Shown: in pieces, positions 40,188 through 50,649 of the stretch
Numbering within the stretch: position 1 is the first letter of the stretch
Layout of the letters: the number at the start of each line of letters is the position of its first letter
Assembly (NCBI GenBank): GCA_965202585.1
Contig: OZ241827.1
Span: 85,126,001-85,190,000, forward strand
DNA length: 64,000 nucleotides
Source of the DNA: Thalia democratica
Taxonomy: Eukaryota
Reading direction: 5' to 3'
Made by a program: the position numbers and the translations under genes
Notes under the pieces: model-generated
The model's input: the letters and a program-made list of their open reading frames with translations, nothing else
What the model was told of the DNA's origin: nothing
Database searches by the model: none

Positions 40188-42969
40188 TCTTACAACTTGT
40201 TTTTCATAGATAAATTCGAAATTTTTTAGTTTCTTGAACCTAATTTTTTGAATAAATCAAATCTAAAACTTTTTAACAAAACTAGTTTAGTACAACTACC
40301 TAACAGTTTTGGTTTTTTTATAACATATTTTAGTGCTTTTTATCTATATTCTTATCTGCTTTTTTTCAGTACTTTACACATAATATAACTTAAAATAAAC
40401 CAAAAAAGAATTATACTATCTATTGAAAGTAATTGACACCACAACTAACTAGCTTATAGAATTGACACTTTTTGAACCGAAACTGATTAAAATTGTTGTT
40501 GTACCATTAATACCTTGTAAACAAAAATATTTCTTACATTGTTATTATTGCTTTATATCAAACAAAAAAGTTTTTAATGTAACTAATAACCACGAATAAG
40601 TTGTGTTTTAAACTACGAGGCTTGGTATTAAATAAATTAAAAAATATTTTAAAAACTTTTTACCTTGCTTAATTAAAGTTTATAAAAAAAAATCGAAGAT
40701 TAAATAATTCAATAAAGTGCTTGAGTTTTAAATAAAAGTTCTATTTTAAAATATATGTTGTGATCAAATAATTTTTCTATTCGCATATATATTGTTTCTG
40801 TTAATTAAATTAAAGATAACTTTAAAACGTTCTTATATGTATAGTTTCTATAGAAGGGTCAGATAAATATCCGAATAGATCTTTTCTAATATAATTGATA
40901 CGTATTAATGAATTTTTGTGATTTTACAGAACACGTCATATTAAATTAAATGAAGCTCAAAACTTTCTGTTTTATTGTAAGATTTTATTGCAAAGTATAA
41001 CCATACAACATTAAATTTTACTTAAACTTAAAAATTAGACCACAAGTTTAAGCAGAAGCTTGTAAGGAAACAAGCTACTATTAGTCTTATTAGGCACGAA
41101 ATAGAAATATATCTTTACAAAAACTTAATAGAAATAAAAGCTTATAAAAGTTATGGTCATTAGACATAGGGTAAACTTAGACATTTTATTTTGGTTCGTT
41201 ATACTAAAATAGATTTGCTCTGTGAAAAAAATAATTCAGCGTGATAAGATATTTAAATAACTATTATTGTAATATTAAAATAGATTAAGTTTTAGATAAT
41301 TGAACCATTCAAAATATAATGACAAAGTAATTTGCACTAACTTATAAAATAAACGTGTTTACCAAATTAGTTTAATTACAATCTGAACAAAATTAAGACT
41401 TTTAGACTTATTACTTACATTATCTTAATTCTACAAAAAGAAAAGTCATATGATGTTACAAAATGTATTATAAGATTATTATAAGATCCGCATATTTGGT
41501 TTCTTGTTTTATCTACTTTGTGGATAAAGTTATGATAAAGTAAATTGCAGGTTTAAAAATCTTAAAAAAATTTTAAACTTTTAAAATAAAATTATTGTTT
41601 TTTGATTCATAGACTGTAAAACAATTTAGGTTTTCCAAAACTTCATTAAAGACTTTTTAGGCAAGCTCTTTTTTAATGATTTTTATGATGCATTTGAAAC
41701 GCAACTCTAAAACGATTAAAATACAACTTTCCAATGAATAATCAAGTAAAACTCTGGTTAAGTAAAGTTAAAAATTATTTTTTTACTTTATTTGTTTTTT
41801 AATTTTATGTATGTTTTAAAATATAATACAACTTCAAACGTTCAAATATAATTTTCATACAAAAAATATCAAATTAACATGTTTGTAACAAATATTTTTT
41901 TAAGATTATCAGATTGGAAAATACCACGATTGTAATCAGTGTATAACAGGTTTTGTTTTTATTTAAAAGTGTATTTGAAAAAAGTTAAATTTTGTATTCC
42001 ACATTTAAGATGTTTTAGAAACTTAATTTAGAACTAGCGTATAAATATAAACCATGTAAAAAAATCCTGGATATCTAAAAAAAAAATTAACACTTGTAAA
42101 CTTAGTCATATGTGTATGCTATAATGCAAATATTTTCTTAAAGCTCTACGATATAAGTAAAATATAGAGCTTTAGCTTACATTTTTAAGACTTATATATT
42201 AAAGAAAATATAAATAGACCAAAAAAAATTTATTTAGAACTAAGTAGTGATGTAAAATACAAATTTTCAGTCTAAATATCTTAAAATGAACTAATTGTTT
42301 GTAATTGTTTTGATGTTCATTAAAGTAGGCACTAAATATTCAACTTAATTTCTAAACTCTTCTAATGCAGTAATAAAATGTTAGTATTTTTTTCTAATTA
42401 GCTGTTTTATTGCTGAAATTAATTTAACTGTTCAAATATACTTGTGTAGTTCAAATTTTCATAAGTTATCTGATAAACTGAGTTTTTGAAAATCTCATTA
42501 CTTTGTGTCATAAGTATTTTAAGGTCTACTTAAGATTATTATCTAAGTTTATTTTACAACTAAATATTAGAAAGCGTTTTCTAAGAGAATTAAAAAAAAA
42601 TATCTATAAATATTAAATATCAATAAGTAAAAGATATCTCTTTATTATTAAGTTTTTGTAAAATATCATGATTACTTTTTGTCATTAAATTAAATGACAA
42701 ATAGCTAATTCAATTTTAACTGACAGCTTAATTTTCATTCTGAAAATAATTAAGTTTATTTGCTAAACAGAAAATTTGTTTTAACTACTATTGTACCAAC
42801 CGAGGTCATTTATTAAAATAAACTCTTGTTTGTTTGCTTTTCCAATTTAATTTAATTTTTATTCTTTGTCAAAAATTACGCACTTTTAATTAAAAATTAT
42901 AACGTTAACTTGTGTATTGAAACAAGTTTTAAAATTAAAAATTGTTAGCGTTTATAACATCACAACGTA

Positions 42970-45045
42970 ATGAAAAAGTATTTAAATCCTTTCAACAAGC
43001 CAGATCAGACCGGAGACAAAGCACCTTTGCTTGATGAATGTGAAAGCCCATTTGAAATTACTATGGATTTAAAGCCTTTCAACAAGCCAGATCTAATTGG
43101 AGACAAAAATCCTTTGCTTGGTAATTGTGAGAGTTCATTTGAAGTTACCATTGACTCGAATTATTTTGAAAATAAAATATCTGAACTTGATAAGCGTATT
43201 AGTTCAATTGAATTTACTGAGAATCATGGCCAGAATAAAAATAAGGCCACTCTTGTTGATAAATGTAAAAGCGCTGATGGAATTATTTTAAAACAAGATC
43301 AGAAAAAAGGTATACTGGCAGTACTTAATAAATCAAAAAGGTTGTTTAGAAATAAGAAGGAGCAAAGTCTGACTAAAAATAAAACCACTGCACATAGAAG
43401 GTGTAATAGTTTAGTGGAACTTCCAAAGATTCCATATATATTTGAAGATAAAGTTACAAAACATGATAGATTTAAAAAATCAGTCGGTCCTAAAATTAAG
43501 CTTGATCAGATTGAAGATGAAATCAACATTGATAATTTTAATACTTTTATCCAATCTACAAGTAAAGAGGGCCAAGAAAGCTTTTCAAGTTTCACAGATG
43601 TTTTGCAAGCTTATAAAGAGTTAGATGAGATTGAAAAAATTAACAAGGAACTGGATGAACACGAAAACCTGCTTAAGCTTATAAATGAAGAAGATAAAGT
43701 AGAGATTGTAGATGAAGAAGGTCCAGTAAAGGTTGTAGATATAGAAGATCCAGTACAGCATGTAAGTGATCCAGTAAAGCTTGAAGATGATAAAGACTCA
43801 GTAGACTCAGTAGACTTGATGCCGCTGGACATATTCAAGGGCTCGTGTGTCACATACAGTGTTCCTGATAAAATTGATTTCAAACAAGTGCATACAAACA
43901 AATCTGGCTTGGTAGCTGCATTAGCCGCGTTTTTGCGTGTACCTGAGTTCATGAAAGGGTTGACTCCAAATTTTTACAGAACAGACTCCAAAAAAATTCA
44001 GTTAAATATGTTTAAGCATGGTAAAACTGTGAGAGTAGTAATTGATACTAACTTATCAGCATCGAACGAACTAATTAAAGCACAACCGATAATTGGCAGC
44101 AGCAGCTTTTACTTGGCTTTTTATCTGGAAAAAGCGTTCGTTCAGCTCATGTGCTCAGACTCGTTCGAGCTATCTAGAAATGTTTTCTCAATAACTGCTT
44201 TCACTGCTTTTAGCAACAACATGACCAGTATAAAGCTCTGGGAGCCTTACCAAGAAAAAGAAAGCCTTTTCGAAATCATTAAAAAGGAATGTGATAAAAA
44301 CAGTTCAGTAGTGGTAGAAGTCTTTCCCGGTTTGGATTCGGACGCATCAGCTGACTCAAAATGTGGACATGCTTATACCGTGTTGGAATACGACAAAACT
44401 TACGAAGCAGTTAAACTTGTTGATGCTACTCGTAATCCCGATTTTCGCAAACCGCGCGAGAATTTACCATCATTTTTATATGACGATGCAGACCCGGGAA
44501 AAGGAATGTTTTGGGTTGCAGCGAGTTTTTTAGAAGATCGTCGAGTAGTCTTGTCTTCGCTCCATTCCAAGGAAAGATACGAATCAACGATTGCGTTGAA
44601 CGAAACGTTTGAAGTTGCAGAAAAAAACAACCTGTACAAGATAAGCTGTGGCAGTGTGAGATTGGAAGTGAGCGAACCGACTAAGATTTTCATAAGTTAT
44701 GCGAGTTTTTCCGACAACGACAGCTCATACAAAATGCTGTTCGAAACCACGTTTAAGAACATTGACGAGCAAAAAATCTTGCTGTTGAGAAAAAAAGGCC
44801 TTTTTGTGAGGAGCCTGGGAATAGTGGCTGAAGAAGAATTTGTTCTGGTTGCAGGAACTTACGAATTCGATTTCTTCAAATGCGTGAAAACGGCTTGCTT
44901 TAAGGCTGGCACTGAGAAAAGCTGCATCAAAGTGGCGTCGAAAAGCGCTTGCATATTCGAGCAGATAAACTTGGAAGTCGAGAATTGGCCGGAGAAAGGG
45001 TTTGTCCGCATCAGAAGGACTAGAAGGGGTACCACTCAGTGGTAA
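42970..45045 (+). CDS. Divergent calpain-like protein (CysPc plus CBSW/domain III, no PEF), catalytic Cys replaced by Ser, 691 aa, intronless
   Basis: IDFKQVHTNKSGLVAAL aligns to the calpain DIxQGxLGDCWLLAAI motif with Ser312 at the Cys position. CGHAYTV (His467). VKLVDAT at the LRNPWG position. The C-terminal EFVLVAGTYEF...CIKVAS segment resembles CBSW. Clear paralogue of 58764-60482. Confidence 0.8.
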   Translation: MKKYLNPFNKPDQTGDKAPLLDECESPFEITMDLKPFNKPDLIGDKNPLLGNCESSFEVTIDSNYFENKISELDKRISSIEFTENHGQNKNKATLVDKCKSADGIILKQDQKKGILAVLNKSKRLFRNKKEQSLTKNKTTAHRRCNSLVELPKIPYIFEDKVTKHDRFKKSVGPKIKLDQIEDEINIDNFNTFIQSTSKEGQESFSSFTDVLQAYKELDEIEKINKELDEHENLLKLINEEDKVEIVDEEGPVKVVDIEDPVQHVSDPVKLEDDKDSVDSVDLMPLDIFKGSCVTYSVPDKIDFKQVHTNKSGLVAALAAFLRVPEFMKGLTPNFYRTDSKKIQLNMFKHGKTVRVVIDTNLSASNELIKAQPIIGSSSFYLAFYLEKAFVQLMCSDSFELSRNVFSITAFTAFSNNMTSIKLWEPYQEKESLFEIIKKECDKNSSVVVEVFPGLDSDASADSKCGHAYTVLEYDKTYEAVKLVDATRNPDFRKPRENLPSFLYDDADPGKGMFWVAASFLEDRRVVLSSLHSKERYESTIALNETFEVAEKNNLYKISCGSVRLEVSEPTKIFISYASFSDNDSSYKMLFETTFKNIDEQKILLLRKKGLFVRSLGIVAEEEFVLVAGTYEFDFFKCVKTACFKAGTEKSCIKVASKSACIFEQINLEVENWPEKGFVRIRRTRRGTTQW

Positions 45046-45606
45046 TAAGTAAAAATAGTGTTGATTTAAAAAAATGCATGTAGCTTCTTTCGAAACTTAT
45101 TAAATAAAACGGCGTCATTGTTGCAATAACTTTAAAGAATTTATTTATATTTAGTTTTAACCATAAAAAAATCAAAAAAACTTTATAAATTTTAAAGGTA
45201 TATTAGTATAGCATTTTTTTTTAAATTCTTAAGCAGTTATCAAGATGAAAACTATGATAATAAGAGAAGTATAACTTTAGAATAACATAGGAGTCTGTTT
45301 AACGAATAATTTTTAGCTTTACATGGCAGATTAAGTTAAATTTTACATAAATTTTACAATGCAAAAATGTTATTTAAAAATTTACACATGTTTGTTATTG
45401 AGCGTTTCGTAACAGCGTTCAATACAAGATTTTAATAATTGTAAAAAAAAAATCAATACTAAAAGTAAACTTACAGGAGAAAGAATATTTGATTAGTTAC
45501 AACGTATATATTTTAACTCTGTTATATCAGTTTCAACATTTCATTTAGATTTTACTACAAAGTTGCTGTTGCAGTTAAAAATTAACAGGTTAAAAACTTC
45601 AAAACT

Positions 45607-46158
45607 TCAGCTCACTTTTGCAGTTCCCCGTAAAATCCCATAAATAAATACATTTCCTCCGACAAGCGCGACTCCTTGTGACGTCACACTCATTAGTGAC
45701 GTAATCAGCGCGCAGCAGCCGACAACTTCGTCGTCGTCCGACATCGTGACGTAAATTATCCGTTCCCCGCTATGGGGAATTTCCCTTTGTCGCAACCGTG
45801 GAAAGTATGGTAGAATGACTAAAAGCTGCCGAAATTGACGTTGGCGATTGTCGCTTCCACGCCACTGTTTCTAGATAATACTTCCACCGAAACTTGCTGA
45901 GCAGCTTCCAAAATTCCCCACTTCCGGTTTTTCCCAACCCCGAAATCTTCACCCTCGTTCCGAACAGACAAATCTTCATCTTTTTGCCGGCTTCGTTGTA
46001 TCGGTGATCTTCAGAAGTTCTTTGAGAAAAATTACGGACGATGTCAATTTTTCTTCTAATGCTGTGAATATAGCTCTGATGCCTAATCGAATCCGAGGTT
46101 TTAGGATCTCCCACTTGATACTTTTTCTCGGCTCCACCCTGATCTTGTTTGCTGCCAT
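45607..46158 (-). pseudogene. Decayed ORF of unrecognised family
   Basis: GC-rich island. Three partial minus-strand frames with exon-like third-position GC bias can be joined across two frameshifts and one in-frame TAG: MAANKIRVEP...TTKPAK / DEDLSV...NFGSF*SFYHTFHGCDKGKFPIAG / RIIYVTMSDDDEVVGCC...TAKVS*. Confidence 0.45.
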
Positions 46159-47609
46159 AATGTAAACCTTATCTCGAAGTGCGCTAAGTAGTTTATTTTG
46201 TTGGAGGGGGATCAAGTTTTTCAAAAAACTTTGTAATTTATTTGAAAGTAATTATTGATCTATCTAAAATTTAGTGAATTGTGGTTATTAAAGACTTTTT
46301 CTCTATCAAGTTTTTAAGTTCAAAGAAGACATCTACTACAGTCTAAACAGCCTAAGCCAAGAGACAAGCTCAAGTTAACAAGGTTTGACGACTGCAAGTT
46401 TTTGGTTGATTGACGGCCTTCAATAAAAACTAAATTCGGGTTTCAGTCTACCGAAGGCAAGGAGTGATCAAACCTTGTCATGTTTTTAAGGTGAATAACT
46501 CTTAATGTCATATAAAAACAATAAAAATCTTACTGAATATAATTCAAGTTTCTTCTTTAAAACTGGCTAAGTGTGTGTTTTTTTAAGTTGTGTGCTTTAC
46601 ATAAAAAAAAAAAAGTTATCCTTATTTTTACTAGCCAACTAAAAATTATCCGATCAGTTTTCTACTACAGTATAAATTTTGTTGGTGGTTTATTAAACTA
46701 GTAACAACATATTTCCAAGTGCTTTCGAAACATTATGGTTTTTCTCAAGTGATATCGATACGATACAGAGTTTAAAAGTTATATTTGTTTTAAAAAATAA
46801 TGTTTCTTTTTTATTAAGCTACATCTTTATAATATTTTTAAATTTTCTTATGACTTTACTAACAATTAATTTATCCGCTTTGGAGATTAAGCTGGTTTAG
46901 GCTACTTTTTGAAACGCCTTATTAGATTATAATAAAGTTAATAACTGTTCTTAGTTTTATTAGAGTAAAAAGAGAGTTTTTGAAGGGTAAAACTGCGGAG
47001 TTAAAAACTAATTTTTAGCTACGCTGATAAAAATAAATGGGAAACTACATTATTTGGTTTTATAGGTTATGAAAATACTACAAGATAATGACAATATATT
47101 TAGAAGTTTATGTTACATAGTTAATTAAGAGAAGTGGTACTGATATTACCTTAATTTATTTTATATGAATCGATTAGCTTCTTAGAAATTTTTAATTAAC
47201 AGACTGAAGTTATATCATGGTTCATTTCACTTGAGGTATTTAAGTGTTTAAATAGTACTATTTTATTCAACTGCATACTACAAGTTAGCATTACAATTAA
47301 GTAAAAAAAAATTGACACTTACAAAACAAAACAATCACATAGCGCGCATAGGATTTGTTTATTAAGATTTGTTTATAAACATGAGGTCAACAATAACATT
47401 ACAACAGATTATATGCAATAAAATGATTATAATTAAAATTAATAGCACATTTTAAACGTGTATTTTAAAATTTATACAATGTTTTCGTATTAAAAACAGT
47501 TAAATTCCTTTTTCTGACGAGCTTAAAACCTTGTAACAATAAAAATATTTTCAAACTTTCTTCCACACAACTAGTGAATACTCATTATCATCAGATTGTT
47601 CCTCTAATG

Positions 47610-50600
47610 CAGGGGTCGGCAAACTGCGGCCCGCGGGCCAAATGCGGCCCGCAAAGGGTAAATCTGCGGCCCGCGAGCACGTTTTTTTTTTGAATGGAAT
47701 GCGGCCCGCGGAAGAAAATTTTGTGGCCCGCGAGCATGTAAATGTGGCCCGCTAAGCAAAAAAAAATATTTTAAGTTTAACTCATTTTAGTTTTTTCTTT
47801 AATTTTATTAATTTCGTTTTAAGTCCCTGTTTAACATTTTAAAACAATTAAAAGCTTTTCAATATCAGCTTAAGAATTTTAAAAAGATAGATTAGCATTC
47901 CACCAGGTTTTTTTTCTCAGTTTTATCATAACTTTCTTCTTACAACAGTAAGTTTAGGTATTTTTTACATATTTTTTATACCTAAGATTCTTTTATAGAT
48001 GTTTTATTACTAAAAGTTATATTTGAGTGTGCACAAAAACATTTAAAATAACATGTAAGTGAAAAAAAAAGTTTATTTCATTTTGATTTTTTTATATTTT
48101 TTCTTAGCACTTTTAATTAATTACTATGCACACAAATGTACAAAGATGCTCATATTTTAATCGGCATACTGACAATTCCCACCAGATCAAATCCCACCTG
48201 AGCACAATTCCCACTCGAAAATATTTTTAACTTTCTTTATTTATTCCTTTATTTTCTAAAATTTTTGTTTTGTTTTTATTTATTATTAATTTCTCTTTTA
48301 CTATCACTGTTACCCCTAACCCTTACCCTTGGTTGGTAAGCGGTTCTCGGATTTGATCGTGAGTGGGAAATGATCGCGGGTTGGAAATGAGCGGTTCCCA
48401 TTTTTAACCACGTTTTATTTAATACTTAAATTAGATTAAGTTTACTTAATTCATAGTTTTCTAAAATTCTTGTTTATACATGTAGTATCTAGGTGTGTAA
48501 AGACACATTTAAAACAATACATGTTATAAATTAAAATATTTTTTGATAGGTATCAATTTTAATTTTTCAAACAATGTTTTTTTGACAAATTAAGTTAATT
48601 TTCATGAACTAATATATACACAGTTACTGTTTTTTTGAACTACCTAATTAATACACACTAAATTTAGTAATGGAAAATTCATAAAGTTTGTGCATCGTTA
48701 ATCAAAATAGTGTAAATTCAAGCAAATAAACAACTAGACACACTTAAGTTATGACTATTTTTAGAACTCAAATTTCAAGTCAATTTAGTCATTTTTTCAG
48801 TTTTTGGTTTGAATAAATTTTTGTATACTAAAATATTAGGCTAGTTTTTGGTAATTTAGGCTGGCTTTTTTTGCTTTATAAGTGGAAAATTAAACTTATA
48901 ATGTATGTTTTGTTCAATTTACAGTGTTGGTTTGATTATAAAATATGTTAAACTTTAAGTCTTACAGCTGATAAAAATTTGAAATACTATTATGTTAATT
49001 GTATACATATAGGTGTGAAAAATAAGAGTTGCTAAAAAACTTGAATCCCGGAAAAACTTGGAATTTAAAAATTTATGTTTAATTTTCTGGGAAAACATTG
49101 AACATGAGAATTTTTGTAAAAACCTGTGACTTTAAACAATTTTTGCGTGTAAAATGATGAAATTTCGATTTGACGCAAAACATTTACTTTATAGACACTT
49201 TTTTAAACACATTAAAACTTACTTTACAGTATCTACTCATAATGCTATATAACTAAAGACAGTTTTTTTATTTCATATAATTTAATTTTATACCAAAAAA
49301 AGGAGCAGAAAATTATACTTCCAAAAACTTTATGTAAGTGCATAGCATTTTTGCTATTAAAATGCCTTTACCTGTTGTTGTGATTTGAATAAGAACTAAA
49401 CCTATAAACTCTCCTAAAAGTCAAAGTCAGTAAAAACACCTCTATAAAAAACTTTCAGATGAGCAATATTTCTTGTACCAGTGCTCTGTTCTTAACAGAT
49501 TGATGAAAATTCTAATTTGGTTTATGGTGCTTTATAATCTTTAGAGATATACTAAACACGACTTCTTGTTTTCATTGAAGATATAATCAAAATATTTTAC
49601 TACCGCCAACATAAATTATTTTAAAGGTTTTTACTTCTAAACAGTATCTTCATTTTAGTAATTATTTTTGCTACTTAATAACTTTTTTAAACAGTTTTTT
49701 CTGATCAGTCTGTAGTTACTGAAGATAATCATTCGCTTTGTTGAAACTGACTATAGTTATTTGTTTTTTTTTGTTTCTCGCAATAACTCCTAACTAACGT
49801 TTTTTTTTTATAGCTCGTCTTTTATTTAACATTTACTCTTTAAATACAACATCTTTATTGCAAAAAAGAATTACTATAATGATCAATAAAATGTTTTTTT
49901 ACTTTATTAATGGCTTAAAAGTTTTTAATTTTGTTAAAAATGTATAAGAAACGTAAATGTCCATATAAGCTGACTTATTATTCTATTTTTGCTATATATT
50001 TAATTCACTGTTATTAAACTTCGATATTTCTTCATTTTAAAAAGGGTTGCAAATCGTACAGTCTAGTTTAAATTTTTTTTAAAATCAAACTAGGTTAAAC
50101 TTGTTTAAGACATCTAAATAAAACTCAGGTAAACTTTTATTTCAAACACTTTAAATAAGTCTTTGAATTCTTAGAACAATTGACTGTAGTGTAGTTTACT
50201 AGTTGTAATTATTTCTGGTCCACTTATATATTGTGTACTTTTTATACTGATGATATTTTAGTTAGGTATCTAAGCTTGATTAATTGCATGTTTTTGCACT
50301 TTTTTTAAAAGTGAAAACCATGTTAAAAGCCAATTAATTACTAAAGAGGTACTTTATTAAAGTATTCGAGCATTAGTTATGTTAAAAAAAGTACATAGTT
50401 TATTAAGACTTTAGTATATTAGTCAATGTTAATTTTACTCCAATAAATATTTATGATTAAAATAGACATTCTATGTGCAGCTAATTATCATTAAAATTAA
50501 TGAAGTGAATAAAAGTAAAACTTTAATTAATGTGACTAAAACTTAAATCAAAAGATAATTCAAATGTCACTAAAACTAAAACTGCGGCCCGCGAAGATTT

Positions 50601-50649
50601 TTGAAACTTGAAATTTGGCCCGCGAGCACCAACTGCCTGCCGACCCCTG
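47610..50649. mobile_element. Non-autonomous hAT (Charlie/Buster-like) DNA transposon, 3040 bp
   Basis: 12-bp perfect TIR CAGGGGTCGGCA. Perfect 8-bp TSD CTCTAATG at 47602-47609 and 50650-50657, with the nnnTAnnn pattern typical of Buster-type hATs. Clustered subterminal GGCCCGC motifs at both ends. No transposase ORF. Confidence 0.92.
48165..48400. mobile_element. Small inverted-repeat element nested in the hAT element
   Basis: Three A(A)TCCCAC motifs on the left are mirrored by GTGGGAAAT and GTTGGAAAT on the right, with a central CCTAACCCTTACCCTT. Confidence 0.5.

Noticed and set aside
43611-43952. 113-aa antisense ORF, and similarly 44400-44693 and 59773-60309
   Set aside because: Shadow ORFs opposite the calpain-like CDSs, favoured by repeats lacking antisense stops; Ser/Thr-rich with no motif.
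45770-46114. GLGKTGSG resembling a DEAD-box or P-loop motif I
   Set aside because: No GKT/S at the proper position and no Q, PTRELA or DEAD motifs; codon bias favours a different frame over part of the ORF.
48314-48332. CCTAACCCTTACCC telomere-like hexamers
   Set aside because: Only 2-3 imperfect units inside a small inverted-repeat element; not an interstitial telomere array.
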